A stretch of DNA of 64,000 bases, from positions 4,189-68,188 of IMG/VR virus record IMGVR_UViG_3300033143_002694; one strand, given 5' to 3'. Under the pieces are notes generated by a model that searched no databases, was not told the DNA's origin, and saw nothing but the letters and a program-made list of their open reading frames with translations. Position 1 is the first letter of the stretch, and every line of letters begins with the position of its first letter. Both the position numbers and the translations under genes were made by a program. This document shows, one piece after another, positions 48,085-57,902 of the stretch. This DNA comes from a virus.

Positions 48085-49084
48085 AATAACAAAGAAGCGG
48101 GATGTAAAGCAGTTCCTGATGGAGAAGCAGAACGAGATAGCACAGGCATGTACAAACTCGATTAGCTCTAAGAGGTTGATCAGTGTTGTGCTCAATAGCT
48201 TCAAGGGTAATCCGGATCTAGAGAAGTGTACCTTTGAGTCACTGATTGATTGTGTTAAAAAGTCTGCGTCTCTTGGTCTGGAGCCTGATGGCATTACTGG
48301 TCAGGCATACATCATTCCTTACGAAGACAAGAAGAAGAGAGTGTTCGAAGCTCAGTTCCAGATCGGCTATAAGGGCTTGATAACACTTGCACGTAGGAGT
48401 GGCTTTATTAAGTCTCTGTCTGCGCAGCCTGTGTATGAGAAGGATTTCTTTGAGTATGAATACGGTCTTGACGAAAAACTTGTTCATCGGCCAGCTACAG
48501 GTCCACGTGGTAAACTTAAATTTGCATATGCTGTCGCTAAGTTTAAGGATGGTGGGCATCACTTTGAGGTAATGACAAAGACTGATATCGACAAGATCAG
48601 GAATAGTAGTATGGGTGCAAACAGTAAGTACTCTCCATGGACTAAGTGGGAAGAAGAGATGTGGAGAAAGACTGCGACCAAGAAGCTTTGTAAGTTCTTA
48701 CCATTTGCCGCAGAATTAGCAAGTGCCGCAGAGCATGATGAATACACTGACATGAATTTGAAGGAAGCTCAGGTTACACCATTGGAGCAGATAACAGATT
48801 CAAACAAGAATGATCTTCTGGATAAGTTGACAAAGAAGGAAGAGGATTTACCTCCTCTACCGACTCTTGAAAAACCTGCAGAGACATTGGCAGAGAACGA
48901 TTTCCGGAAAGAAATATTTGCTTTAATCGAAAAGGTTGACCCGAAGAATGCGTTCGCCCTTGACCAGATGGTACCTGAGTTACTTGCAGGTATGGGATAT
49001 GTGGATATTGACGGTGTGCCTTATACTGACTGCACGATGGTTATCGATCACTGCGAGAAAGAGTTTAAGAAGGTGGTAGGTTGA
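48056..49084 (+). CDS. recT: RecT-family ssDNA annealing protein
   Basis: LGLEP..GQAYIIPY, QFQIGYKGL..LA.RSG, SPW...EEMW.KT. Confidence 0.93.
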   Translation: MTLTSSTKNEITKKRDVKQFLMEKQNEIAQACTNSISSKRLISVVLNSFKGNPDLEKCTFESLIDCVKKSASLGLEPDGITGQAYIIPYEDKKKRVFEAQFQIGYKGLITLARRSGFIKSLSAQPVYEKDFFEYEYGLDEKLVHRPATGPRGKLKFAYAVAKFKDGGHHFEVMTKTDIDKIRNSSMGANSKYSPWTKWEEEMWRKTATKKLCKFLPFAAELASAAEHDEYTDMNLKEAQVTPLEQITDSNKNDLLDKLTKKEEDLPPLPTLEKPAETLAENDFRKEIFALIEKVDPKNAFALDQMVPELLAGMGYVDIDGVPYTDCTMVIDHCEKEFKKVVG

Positions 49085-49491
49085 AGATATTGTTTGCTAG
49101 GGAATTTGATATAATACCACATGCTCAGGAACGTCCAAGGGTAAGAGTGATATCGAAGAAAGATGGTAGCAAGCCATTCGCTACTGTCTATGATCCTATT
49201 CGTTCTAAGGCGTTCAAACAAAATATTATTAATATGTTGACATTGAACCCACCTTCTGATATTCTTGACGAACCTATGATATTATCTTGTAAGATATATA
49301 TCGTGAAGCCGAAAACGGTCAAGAGGGAATACCCGGAAGTGAAGCCTGACTTGAGTAATTATATCAAGGGTATTGAAGATGCAATGAACAAGATTGTCTA
49401 TACAGATGATAGTAAGATAATAGGTTATACAGAGTGCATGAAATTATACAGGAGACATCCCGGTATTTCTGTTACTTTGTATAGCGTGTAG
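49081..49491 (+). CDS. rusA: RusA family Holliday junction resolvase
   Basis: RPR, KPDLSNYIKGIEDAMN...YTDDS. Confidence 0.92.
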   Translation: MKILFAREFDIIPHAQERPRVRVISKKDGSKPFATVYDPIRSKAFKQNIINMLTLNPPSDILDEPMILSCKIYIVKPKTVKREYPEVKPDLSNYIKGIEDAMNKIVYTDDSKIIGYTECMKLYRRHPGISVTLYSV

Positions 49492-49665
49492 TGTGTTGAG
49501 GTAAGAGAGGGTGTGAGTGAATACCATCCGTCTTCCTCTTCATATACGGTAGGGAAGGTGGTGTTAGAGGGTTTTCAAATATAGAGTGAAGATAGGACTT
49601 ACTTGCTTGTCTTTGCCTGTTTTGTTTTTTTACCTCGTCAAAGGCGCACCATCTTCCCTATTTTT
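49491..49665 (+). ncRNA. Candidate structured intergenic RNA (two long hairpins, U tail)
   Basis: TAGGGAAGGTGGTG (49550-63) pairs CACCATCTTCCCTA (49647-60); upstream hairpin 49491-49547. Confidence 0.4.
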
Positions 49666-49698
49666 ATATTCTTAAACAAGGTAACTAAAGGAGATGTC

Positions 49699-49992
49699 AT
49701 GACAGAACAGAATGCAGTTTACGTATCTAAACACGCACAAGAGAAGTACAGAAAATTCACAAACTTCACAGGCCCTTGGAACAAAACACTCACCAAATTA
49801 ATCTACATGCTGGATGACGCAAAACCATTCGAACCAGATCCTGAGTACAAAGTCAAATCACTTATCAGGCATCAATTCCGTCCTACCGAATACTTCTTAG
49901 CTCAAGGTTATGTCATGGTGGTAGTCAATGGGAATCTTGCTACTCTATTCAAGCACAAAGAGGGTGACAAGCAGATGTGGAGGGCATATTGA
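49699..49992 (+). CDS. Hypothetical protein (VSKHA.E.Y motif)
   Basis: AAGGAG SD before ATG 49699. Confidence 0.65.
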   Translation: MTEQNAVYVSKHAQEKYRKFTNFTGPWNKTLTKLIYMLDDAKPFEPDPEYKVKSLIRHQFRPTEYFLAQGYVMVVVNGNLATLFKHKEGDKQMWRAY

Positions 49993-49993
49993 T

Positions 49994-50293
49994 ATGGGAT
50001 GTTCACCGTTTAAGTCTTGCTCAACAAACTATACAGCACCCGCACCTAATCCATCTCCATCACGGTGGACAATGATAACTAAAGTGCAGTTAGATAATGC
50101 TTATGTATTAAAAGTAAGATATCACGATTGTAATAATTTTGAAGGAGTAAAGATAATGGTATATAAAGGTCAGTATAAACCAAGAGCTGTTCTTGACCCA
50201 CATTTCGAAGATACCACTTGTTCTCCGATTGCAAGGTTTAAGCCAACGGATGAAGGCTGGAGACTTGCCGTTGATTTATGCGGGAGGTATTAA
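49994..50293 (+). CDS. Hypothetical phage protein
   Basis: PNPSP, Y.DC.NFEG.KIMVY, LDPHF, PIARF.P...GW. Confidence 0.7.
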   Translation: MGCSPFKSCSTNYTAPAPNPSPSRWTMITKVQLDNAYVLKVRYHDCNNFEGVKIMVYKGQYKPRAVLDPHFEDTTCSPIARFKPTDEGWRLAVDLCGRY

Positions 50294-50444
50294 TGGAGTT
50301 CCTAAAAAAGTTTAGCCGTACCTATCCAGAGGGAGCAGAGCCAATGAAAATTATCAAGGGCTGTGGGAATCCTCCTAATATTAAGATCGTAGAATACTCT
50401 ATGGTTAAGAGGGTGGGAGACCTTGTGATATACAGGAGATCAAA

Positions 50445-50675
50445 TTGACCAAACCAGAGTGGCACAAGACATACCGTGATCTCTTGGTTTCAATGGCCGG
50501 GATGAATAAGCAACAAGCATTTGATTATAACAACCAGAACATGCATCTTGTTGACTACGGATATTCTCCGGAATGGTATGTAAGGGAAGAGATGGCATGT
50601 CTAGATAATTATTCTATTTTTAAAGTATGTCATATGTTTGGAGGGAAGGTTACCAGTGTTATACGACAAAGTTAA
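50445..50675 (+). CDS. Hypothetical protein
   Basis: AGGAG SD, TTG start. Confidence 0.5.
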   Translation: MTKPEWHKTYRDLLVSMAGMNKQQAFDYNNQNMHLVDYGYSPEWYVREEMACLDNYSIFKVCHMFGGKVTSVIRQS

Positions 50676-50831
50676 ATTCTCAGACTTATTTGCCAATGAA
50701 CGACAGGCAGTGGTTTGTTTCCTCAGCCTTGAAAAACGATTTATGGCACTATACAAAGATTATTCCTTAGAAATTAACTCTAAAGATTCTTCCTTAGACA
50801 CCAACTCTAACAAAAAAATACAGGAGGAGCG

Positions 50832-51470
50832 ATGAGAACGCATGAAGTGATACCAAGGGAGCCTAGATACTGCACTGAATGTGGTAATCAGCTAAGGGTG
50901 CATTATAACAAGAATGAAACTGTATGCGGTCAGCCTAAAGTAACCAAGACGCAATCTCGATGCCAGTTAGATAGATCAGTTAGACTGAAAACTAATAATC
51001 AGGCAAAGAATACTGAGGGCCGACAGTGTAAGATATGTGGCGATGTGATGATCTATAAGGCGAACGCCAATCAGGAGATATGCAACAGGCCAAAGGATAT
51101 CCGGTATTTATTTGTCGACCACAGGACGTTGTGTCAAGTAAAAAACCAAAGAAAGGTGGAGTTTGACTGGAAGAGAGGCCGCAAAGACAATCCGGTAGAG
51201 AAAACCGAGGAAGAGTTAATTGAAGAGGCCATTGACCTTACATGGTATCCCGCACTGAAAGAGCCTACAAGCGATGGTATAATGCGTAGGTGCTTAGGTG
51301 TGCTTTCCGCTGACGATGCCCTTGGAGAGCATTACTTCAAGTCTGATGGTGATCATAATCGTATATGTCCGAAGTGTAAGGAAGCCAGAGAGAAGAACAG
51401 GGAATTCGATAACATTAGAAATGATGGACATAGTACTCGAATAACAAATAAAGTCGTATACAAGGAATAG
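50832..51470 (+). CDS. Cys-rich (zinc-finger-like) hypothetical protein
   Basis: CTECG, CKICG, RRCL...F.S....NRICPKC. Confidence 0.7.
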   Translation: MRTHEVIPREPRYCTECGNQLRVHYNKNETVCGQPKVTKTQSRCQLDRSVRLKTNNQAKNTEGRQCKICGDVMIYKANANQEICNRPKDIRYLFVDHRTLCQVKNQRKVEFDWKRGRKDNPVEKTEEELIEEAIDLTWYPALKEPTSDGIMRRCLGVLSADDALGEHYFKSDGDHNRICPKCKEAREKNREFDNIRNDGHSTRITNKVVYKE

Positions 51471-51477
51471 GAGACTA

Positions 51478-52161
51478 ATGGAATACTTGCACGTAATTAA
51501 TATTGACAAGCATAATAATGGGTACAGAGACAGAACTACCAAGTGGATAAAGTTCAATCTTAGCTGTTATAATGACCATGGTTGGACCCGCCTATGTGAG
51601 ATAGACCAGATGAGATTTATCAATTTTATCAGACTACAAATCACAACAAAAAAGGCAGTTCCTCTGGATAATGAGTACTTAAAAACTCAGGGATTTGAGC
51701 TTAAAACCAGATGCTTAACATCCACGATCAGACAACTAGCAGAGTCGAAGCTCATCGAGATCAGGTCAGAAGCAGAACAACAGCAGAACAACAGCAGGAT
51801 AGAAGCAGAACATGAGCAGAAAACAAAATGTCAACCAGAGCAAGGACTTACGACAAAATCTGTTACTAAGATAAGAGTAGATAAGAGTAGAGTAGATAAG
51901 AAGAAGACTGTGCGTAAAAAGATTGAGCCTATGATACCTCCAACTTACCTAGATGTTAGCTCATATATTAAAGAGAAAGGTTATCAGGTAAATGCACGTA
52001 CTTTCTTTGATAAGTATGAGAATGAAAATCCTCCTTGGTCGAACAATAAAGGTAAACCGATGACAAGCTGGAAATCGACACTGGTTACATGGAATGGTAA
52101 TGCTCAGAGTAATATTCAGAATAATCCACGACTTGGCACTGTGAACGGTGCTGTATTTTAG
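51478..52161 (+). CDS. Replication initiator / replisome organiser-like protein
   Basis: WIKF N-terminus, DKSRVDK linker, PPT..V..Y...FF..Y...W...M.SWK..L.TW. Confidence 0.75.
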   Translation: MEYLHVINIDKHNNGYRDRTTKWIKFNLSCYNDHGWTRLCEIDQMRFINFIRLQITTKKAVPLDNEYLKTQGFELKTRCLTSTIRQLAESKLIEIRSEAEQQQNNSRIEAEHEQKTKCQPEQGLTTKSVTKIRVDKSRVDKKKTVRKKIEPMIPPTYLDVSSYIKEKGYQVNARTFFDKYENENPPWSNNKGKPMTSWKSTLVTWNGNAQSNIQNNPRLGTVNGAVF

Positions 52162-52173
52162 AAAGGAGCTAAG

Positions 52174-53832
52174 ATGACCCAGAGATTAGAATTGTGTCCA
52201 AAATGTAGCCACTTAAGATCAAGGAAGAACCAGAACACCAAATGTCTATCGATTAACACCGAGACGGGAGCCTACAAGTGTCACCACCCTCACTGCGATC
52301 ACCAAGGGTACATTGACAACGATGGTAAGCTTCCATACGTCGCACCAAGGATTAAGCCGACAGTTATACTGCCAGAAGGTGACATGCCTGAATGGGCTAA
52401 GATACTCTTCAAGGCAAGGGGCATCGGTATGGAAGTACTGAAGAGGAATAAGGTCACTGCGAATAACAGAGAGATAATATTCCCATTCTTCCGGGAAGGC
52501 AAGATCGTAAATGCCAAATACAGATCACGTGACAAGAAGTTCAGACAGGAAGCAGGTGCTGATAAAATATTCTATGGCTTGGATGATATCGAACACATGA
52601 GGGAAGTGATTGTTGTCGAAGGAGAATTTGACAAGCTTGCACTTGAAGAGGCATCATACAAAAACGTTATATCGGTACCGGACGGAGCTCCTGATGTGAA
52701 GTCTAAGAATTATGCATCTAAATTCAGCTACATTGAGAATTGTCTGGAAGAACTGAAGCACGTTGAGAAGTTTATCATCGCAGTTGATGAAGATCCCGCA
52801 GGTAAACTACTTGAACAGGAACTGGTAAGAAGGCTTGGGCCTGAGAAATGCTTCATCGCAACATGGCCAGAGGGCTGCAAAGATGCTAACGATGCACTGA
52901 AGAAGGACTTATATGAATGTGTGAGCGCAATTGATGGTGCAAAACCAGTGCCAGTATCCGGGATATTCACCATAGATGATGTGAGAGAATTACTTAACGA
53001 TCTGTATCACAACGATGGACGTGAAGGTGGAACTTTGACAGGATGGTCAAACCTCAATGAGTTGTATAGTGTTCGTCCGGGCGAGGTTACGGTAGTCACA
53101 GGTATTCCATCTCATGGTAAATCTGAGTTTATCGATGCCTTGATGGTGAATATTGCAATGGAGAAGGAATGGAGATTTGCTATGTTCTCTCCGGAGAATC
53201 ATCCGATTGAATTACATTGCAGTAAATTAGCTCAGAAATTCATCGGTAAGCCATTCAGCAAGAGTTATACGGACTACATGAATGAGAAGGAATTTGAATC
53301 AGCCAAGGACTTTGTTGAAGAACGCTTTATATTCCTTGCACCTGAAGATAATGAGCTCTCAATTGACAGCATACTTGCCAAGGCCAAGATTTGTGTCACA
53401 CGTCAGGGTATCAGTGGCTTAAGTATTGATCCATGGAATGAAGTTGACCACACACGTCCTGCAGGAATGACCGAGACTGACTATATTTCAATAGCACTGG
53501 CTAAGATCCGTAGATTTGCAAGGACTTACAAGGTTCACGTATGGGTTATTGCACATCCGACTAAGATGATGAAGGACAAAGACGGTAAGTATATGTGCCC
53601 AACCCCTTATGACATCGCAGGTTCTGCCAATTTCCGTAACAAAGCAGATAATTGTATCGCAGTGTATCGTAACTTAGCTGATGACGCAAAGGCAGTAGAA
53701 ATACATATCCAGAAGGTCAGATTCAGAGAGATAGGCAAAGTTGGACGGGCAGACCTATATTACCAGATTAATTCCGGAAGATACACTACCGACGCTCCTA
53801 TCGTCTACACAGAGACTAAATACATGGGGTAG
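52174..53832 (+). CDS. Primase-helicase (Zn finger + Toprim + SF4/Twinkle-like helicase)
   Basis: CPKC..CHHPHC; VEGEFD, SVPDGA, D.D.AG, KDAND; TGIPSHGKS; IDPWN; AHP.K; YDIAGSA. Confidence 0.93.
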   Translation: MTQRLELCPKCSHLRSRKNQNTKCLSINTETGAYKCHHPHCDHQGYIDNDGKLPYVAPRIKPTVILPEGDMPEWAKILFKARGIGMEVLKRNKVTANNREIIFPFFREGKIVNAKYRSRDKKFRQEAGADKIFYGLDDIEHMREVIVVEGEFDKLALEEASYKNVISVPDGAPDVKSKNYASKFSYIENCLEELKHVEKFIIAVDEDPAGKLLEQELVRRLGPEKCFIATWPEGCKDANDALKKDLYECVSAIDGAKPVPVSGIFTIDDVRELLNDLYHNDGREGGTLTGWSNLNELYSVRPGEVTVVTGIPSHGKSEFIDALMVNIAMEKEWRFAMFSPENHPIELHCSKLAQKFIGKPFSKSYTDYMNEKEFESAKDFVEERFIFLAPEDNELSIDSILAKAKICVTRQGISGLSIDPWNEVDHTRPAGMTETDYISIALAKIRRFARTYKVHVWVIAHPTKMMKDKDGKYMCPTPYDIAGSANFRNKADNCIAVYRNLADDAKAVEIHIQKVRFREIGKVGRADLYYQINSGRYTTDAPIVYTETKYMG

Positions 53833-54127
53833 AGTAGGCTTTATTTAACCGTGGGCGTGTCTAAGGTGCCAAAGTGGTGTCTAGACATGTCCTTGGCATT
53901 TGGAGGGCTTAGAAATGACACAACTGGCGTTTGATTTTTCTCCTGCTAAAGATAAGAGGGTGGATCTGGATGAGGGGCCACTTGGTATTAAGTGGAGAGA
54001 TGGAAACATGTTCATGTTTGAGTGTAAGCTTTGTGGTAAAATAACAAGCAGTGGTATAAGTGAGACTTCTCATGAAGAAGGATGTGGACATCCATATGCT
54101 AAATAATTTTTTCAAGGGAGACATGAT

Positions 54128-54388
54128 GTGAACATATACGAAGAGGCATTAGTTGTTTGGGGAGTAAAGAGTCAGATAGCCAAGGCAAGTGAAGAATTAG
54201 GTGAGTTATTGGTTGCAATGCACCACTGGAATGAGGGCAAATGCCTTAGTGTGGATCTAGCTGAGGAAGTGGCAGACGTTGAGATCATGTGTAATCAACT
54301 AAGAAAGCTGGTAGGAGATGAATTAGTGACCGGCCTTAAAATAAAGAAGTTGCGAGAGCTTAGGAAGAGAGTGGACGGTTGGCAATAA
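54128..54388 (+). CDS. MazG-like nucleotide pyrophosphohydrolase
   Basis: EELGEL, EEVADVEIM. Confidence 0.8.
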   Translation: MNIYEEALVVWGVKSQIAKASEELGELLVAMHHWNEGKCLSVDLAEEVADVEIMCNQLRKLVGDELVTGLKIKKLRELRKRVDGWQ

Positions 54389-54840
54389 GGAAAATACAAG
54401 TAGTGATAGACAGCAGTGGCAATCCGGTTGAATGTTTCACTATTGGATTAGCTGCAGACTACCTTGGCATGAAGAAGGATGAGCTAAAGCTTCAGCTATT
54501 TAAGCAAAGAAGAATACCGTACTACAAAGTTACCGGGAAGTCAGGAAGCAGGTTAATACGCATAACCAAGAAGGATCTGGACGACTTTGTTCTTGACAAG
54601 GGTATCTATGACGGGATAGCGGATCGTATTAGACAGGCACGTGCAGAACATGTTCAGGTTGTCAAGGGTATATCTCAGGTAGGGCTCGCAAGGGAACTTG
54701 GAATGTCTGCGGTGCGTATGAATTACATTGAGCGAAAGAAGGAAAGGGTATCGATTAAAACATTGGAAAGGATCGGTAAGATACTCGGTAAAGACTTGGA
54801 ATGGTTTCTGGACACTGATCAGGACAAAGTGTCTACATAA
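54379..54840 (+). CDS. Regulator: excisionase-like HTH + XRE HTH
   Basis: AADYLG..RITKKDLDDF; RIRQAR..SQ..LARELG..IE..TLERI..ILG...WFL. Confidence 0.8.
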   Translation: MAIRKIQVVIDSSGNPVECFTIGLAADYLGMKKDELKLQLFKQRRIPYYKVTGKSGSRLIRITKKDLDDFVLDKGIYDGIADRIRQARAEHVQVVKGISQVGLARELGMSAVRMNYIERKKERVSIKTLERIGKILGKDLEWFLDTDQDKVST

Positions 54841-54891
54841 AAAAACCCTCTCTCCTGCCAATCACTCTGTGGAGGTTGACGGAAGAGAGGG
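54839..54891 (-). terminator. Terminator at convergence of the two transcription blocks
   Basis: CCCTCTCT...AGAGAGGG hairpin with A7 on plus (U tract on minus). Confidence 0.6.
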
Positions 54892-54907
54892 CGTAACACA
54901 GCATCTG

Positions 54908-55336
54908 TTACAGTGCGTTTACTGCTTTGAGTGCTGCTTTCTGATGCTCGGTCTTGTATCCTGACTGGCCATAACTGCCTTTCTGCCTGTCTCTCAACTC
55001 ACCAATCTTGGATTTGTTCCAGTTATGAGTTCTTGAGTAATAACCCACGATACGAGTCACGCCTTGACAGACAATAGCACCTCTGTCTCCATTGATAACA
55101 TCGATAAACCCTTGAGCACCACGGCAATCTTTAACCACTGCGAAAATCTCAGATAAGTCTACAGCACTTTCGTGACCCTCAATATCATTGGCAATTTTGT
55201 TGTTTGCAACTACCAAGATATCCTTACCGTCCACGTCAGTACCCTCCCACACAATGTCAAGATTGCTTGTTCTTTCAACGGCACTTACAAATAGCTCTAA
55301 GCTCTGCTCGATGCCTTCCCTGATTACGTCTGCCAT
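54908..55336 (-). CDS. Stand-alone NrdD C-terminal (glycyl-radical) domain protein
   Basis: TRIVGYYS...NWNKSK.GELRDR. Confidence 0.8.
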   Translation of the reverse strand: MADVIREGIEQSLELFVSAVERTSNLDIVWEGTDVDGKDILVVANNKIANDIEGHESAVDLSEIFAVVKDCRGAQGFIDVINGDRGAIVCQGVTRIVGYYSRTHNWNKSKIGELRDRQKGSYGQSGYKTEHQKAALKAVNAL

Positions 55337-55619
55337 AGTGACTCCATTCTATTATCTCTTCTGGTTGAATAAAAAACCGAACCTCCGCAGAAGAGCACGA
55401 AGACCCGGTTTTTGATAAGTTCATATGTTATATACAATCGCTCATGCGTAGCTCGCCAGCATGATTTCTACCTCATGATACACCTCTCTTTCAACATAAG
55501 TGTCAGGACTACTCTAAGAAATAGAATAGGTTATTTACAAAAAGATTATACGGCATGGCTGCTGCACTCCTTAGGTAAAGTGTTAATCTCGGTCTTTAGT
55601 TGATGCGTCAAAGTTCTAC

Positions 55620-55649
55620 AGTCTATCATATGGTCTTACCAATTGTCAA
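55620..55649 (-). promoter_or_regulatory. Sigma70 promoter
   Basis: TTGACA-18-TAGACT, extended TG. Confidence 0.6.
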
Positions 55650-55654
55650 GATTA

Positions 55655-55951
55655 TTATCCGTAACCTGCTCTTATCAACTGATGATAGAACTGGACATTC
55701 TTCCTGCCCTTCTCATTCAGGATGGTACACTTCTTGTCTGACATATGAGTAATAATACCTGTTATGAAATTACGATAACCTAGCTCCATATATATGACTC
55801 TGGACCCGACTGTTACCTCTTTCTCCACAAAATCTTTCCTCACTGTCACCTTTATGTTACTCACCATTGCTTGTGTCCTTTCTAGGAGCACTGACATGTT
55901 CCGTATGGATTGTGGTGGCATTTTGTCGTCATTACCTGACAACACTCGCAC
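55655..55951 (-). CDS. Hypothetical protein
   Basis: ORF in minus-strand block. Confidence 0.55.
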   Translation of the reverse strand: MRVLSGNDDKMPPQSIRNMSVLLERTQAMVSNIKVTVRKDFVEKEVTVGSRVIYMELGYRNFITGIITHMSDKKCTILNEKGRKNVQFYHQLIRAGYG

Positions 55952-56030
55952 CAGTGGCTACTTACATCTTCCTCGTCACATCCGCATTCTGCTTTCCCTT
56001 CCTCTTCCTTGACCTCTTTCTCTTTCTCAG

Positions 56031-56216
56031 TCACTCTATTTCTCCCAGAATAAGATTAAACTCCTCTAGCTCATTACTGTAATGTTTTGCTGAGAGCTTG
56101 TAGTCACCACCCAACTTAACAGCCAAATGGTTGTATGTCTTCACCTGACTCTCAAGGTGACTCTTAAATCTGGCAATTGCAGTGGCAAACTGGATAACAT
56201 CTTCTGGTTTAATCAC
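56031..56216 (-). CDS. Hypothetical protein
   Basis: GGAG SD, coupled. Confidence 0.55.
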   Translation of the reverse strand: MIKPEDVIQFATAIARFKSHLESQVKTYNHLAVKLGGDYKLSAKHYSNELEEFNLILGEIE

Positions 56217-56427
56217 CGCTCTCTCCGAATAAGGTTGTAATATTGTCTAATGCATTTGCATATGCGTCTCTTACTTCCCTGTGGGCATTTACCCCAATTG
56301 ATTCAGACTCCAAGAACTCATGCTTTTCGACCATCTTCTTCAGGTGTGCTTTATGCTTCTCATACATTTCTAGTAATGCCTCGGTTATCTCAGTCATTAT
56401 CCCACTCTTTGCCAACATGATCATCAA
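56209..56427 (-). CDS. Hypothetical protein
   Basis: Coupled; true start likely MTEITE. Confidence 0.5.
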   Translation of the reverse strand: MMIMLAKSGIMTEITEALLEMYEKHKAHLKKMVEKHEFLESESIGVNAHREVRDAYANALDNITTLFGESGD

Positions 56428-56671
56428 CCTTGACCTGAGTTGTTCCTTCTTCCGGATACTCTTCCATGTGCTTGCGAATTGCTATCAGGTTCTCTGGTTT
56501 CATCAAAGCACGTAACTGAGACAGTCCATAACCTTTCATCTTACCAAAACCGGTATCAGGATTAACATTCAATGGGATGTGCAACATGTGATGTGTCCCA
56601 TAATCTGTCTTAAAATCTGAATACTCTATTTTGTTACTATACTTCGGTTCCCACGGTTTCTTCTCTGCCAT
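56390..56671 (-). CDS. Hypothetical protein, paralogue of 58525..58692
   Basis: AAGGAG SD directly after consensus promoter. Confidence 0.75.
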   Translation of the reverse strand: MAEKKPWEPKYSNKIEYSDFKTDYGTHHMLHIPLNVNPDTGFGKMKGYGLSQLRALMKPENLIAIRKHMEEYPEEGTTQVKVDDHVGKEWDND

Positions 56672-56710
56672 CTTGCTCTCCTTGCTAAAGTTAACAACTA
56701 ATAAAACACT

Positions 56711-56738
56711 ATTATAACATATTGGTAATACCTGTCAA
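56711..56738 (-). promoter_or_regulatory. Consensus sigma70 promoter
   Basis: TTGACA-16-TATAAT with extended TG. Confidence 0.75.
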
Positions 56739-56886
56739 TCTTTTTCTGGAGGATATAATATCCCGCACTTGTACAACTTCTCATTAATCCCTACTTCTAT
56801 CATTGCCATACAGCTAACACACTGACCATGCTTATTAGTCCATGGACAGAAGATGCCACTCTTCTCATGATCTTTAATTGTTTTTG

Positions 56887-57087
56887 TCATATCACCCATA
56901 CCCTTTCTGAATCTACAATAGTCTTCTTTGCATACCTGAGATACGAACCACTAAAACCGTCTTCATCATACAACTCTAGCTTGCCATGTGGGAGTAATGC
57001 AATCACCTCTCCCTCTTGTTCAGTGTCTGACTTAAACCCAACAAAATCACCCAACACAATTCTGTTACCATCTGCATCTGCATGCAT
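56887..57087 (-). CDS. Hypothetical phage protein
   Basis: GDFVGFKSD.EQ.G; AGGAG SD. Confidence 0.65.
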   Translation of the reverse strand: MHADADGNRIVLGDFVGFKSDTEQEGEVIALLPHGKLELYDEDGFSGSYLRYAKKTIVDSERVWVI

Positions 57088-57091
57088 AATA

Positions 57092-57316
57092 CTACTCTCC
57101 TTTCTGCCGTTCGCATTTTTCAGTGGCTATGAATGATATATTCTTTCTCTCTACTCCAGAGAACTTTGTCTGCTTAAGATAAGGATCATCATCAAATGTT
57201 ATACACGGTACATCGTCGACAAGCACTCGTTTTGGTAGCTTGTACGGATGAAGTATACCTGCGTAAACAAAAGATGCGACTAGTAATATTATTATCCAGA
57301 TTGCAATAAACCTCAT
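57092..57316 (-). CDS. Small protein with N-terminal signal/TM
   Basis: Hydrophobic N-terminus; GGAGG SD. Confidence 0.6.
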   Translation of the reverse strand: MRFIAIWIIILLVASFVYAGILHPYKLPKRVLVDDVPCITFDDDPYLKQTKFSGVERKNISFIATEKCERQKGE

Positions 57317-57318
57317 AG

Positions 57319-57573
57319 TTAATAATCCTCCAGTAATCTGTCAAGCTCAGACTCTGTGTTATGTAAATCAACAGCGAACCTCTTCTCTCTATCAGCATCT
57401 TCACGTATAACACTCTCTGATCCATTGTCAAGGTACAAATTATCATTGTAGGTACGCTGACACTCCTTACACCTGAACAGGCCAATATTAGCCGACTTCA
57501 TTAAAGTATGAGTCTTCATCCCTTTGCCGCAATCTGAGCATGTTACCTGTGGTACGGTTTTCTTTGCTTCCAT
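57319..57573 (-). CDS. Zinc-ribbon protein
   Basis: CSDCG..CKEC; AGGAGG SD. Confidence 0.65.
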   Translation of the reverse strand: MEAKKTVPQVTCSDCGKGMKTHTLMKSANIGLFRCKECQRTYNDNLYLDNGSESVIREDADREKRFAVDLHNTESELDRLLEDY

Positions 57574-57902
57574 TAGTTCTGCCTCCTGAATAAATTTTCA
57601 TCTAAATAAAAAAATAATAAGGTTCCCGCTACTGCTGCCACCGCTAAACAAAGTATCACTCCAATAGCACATACTATATCCAATTGTGACTCCCTTCTAT
57701 AAATTAGAATAACTACTTTCAGGTACTGCCTATCACCCACCCACCCTTGGAGCAGTGGAGCAGTACCCTCAAGTGGTTACTCTACTATTTTACCCTTGTT
57801 CAATTTTCCGCTCCCTTCTATGTGTTTAACCAACAAATTTAATGTATGACAGACGATAAACTAAAACTCCAACGTTTGCAAGAAAAAAACAAAATAAATA
57901 TT

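Noticed and set aside
54379-54840. Evidence of an integrated prophage
   Set aside because: Excisionase-like HTH only; no integrase, att site or host genes in the window, so lifestyle is undetermined
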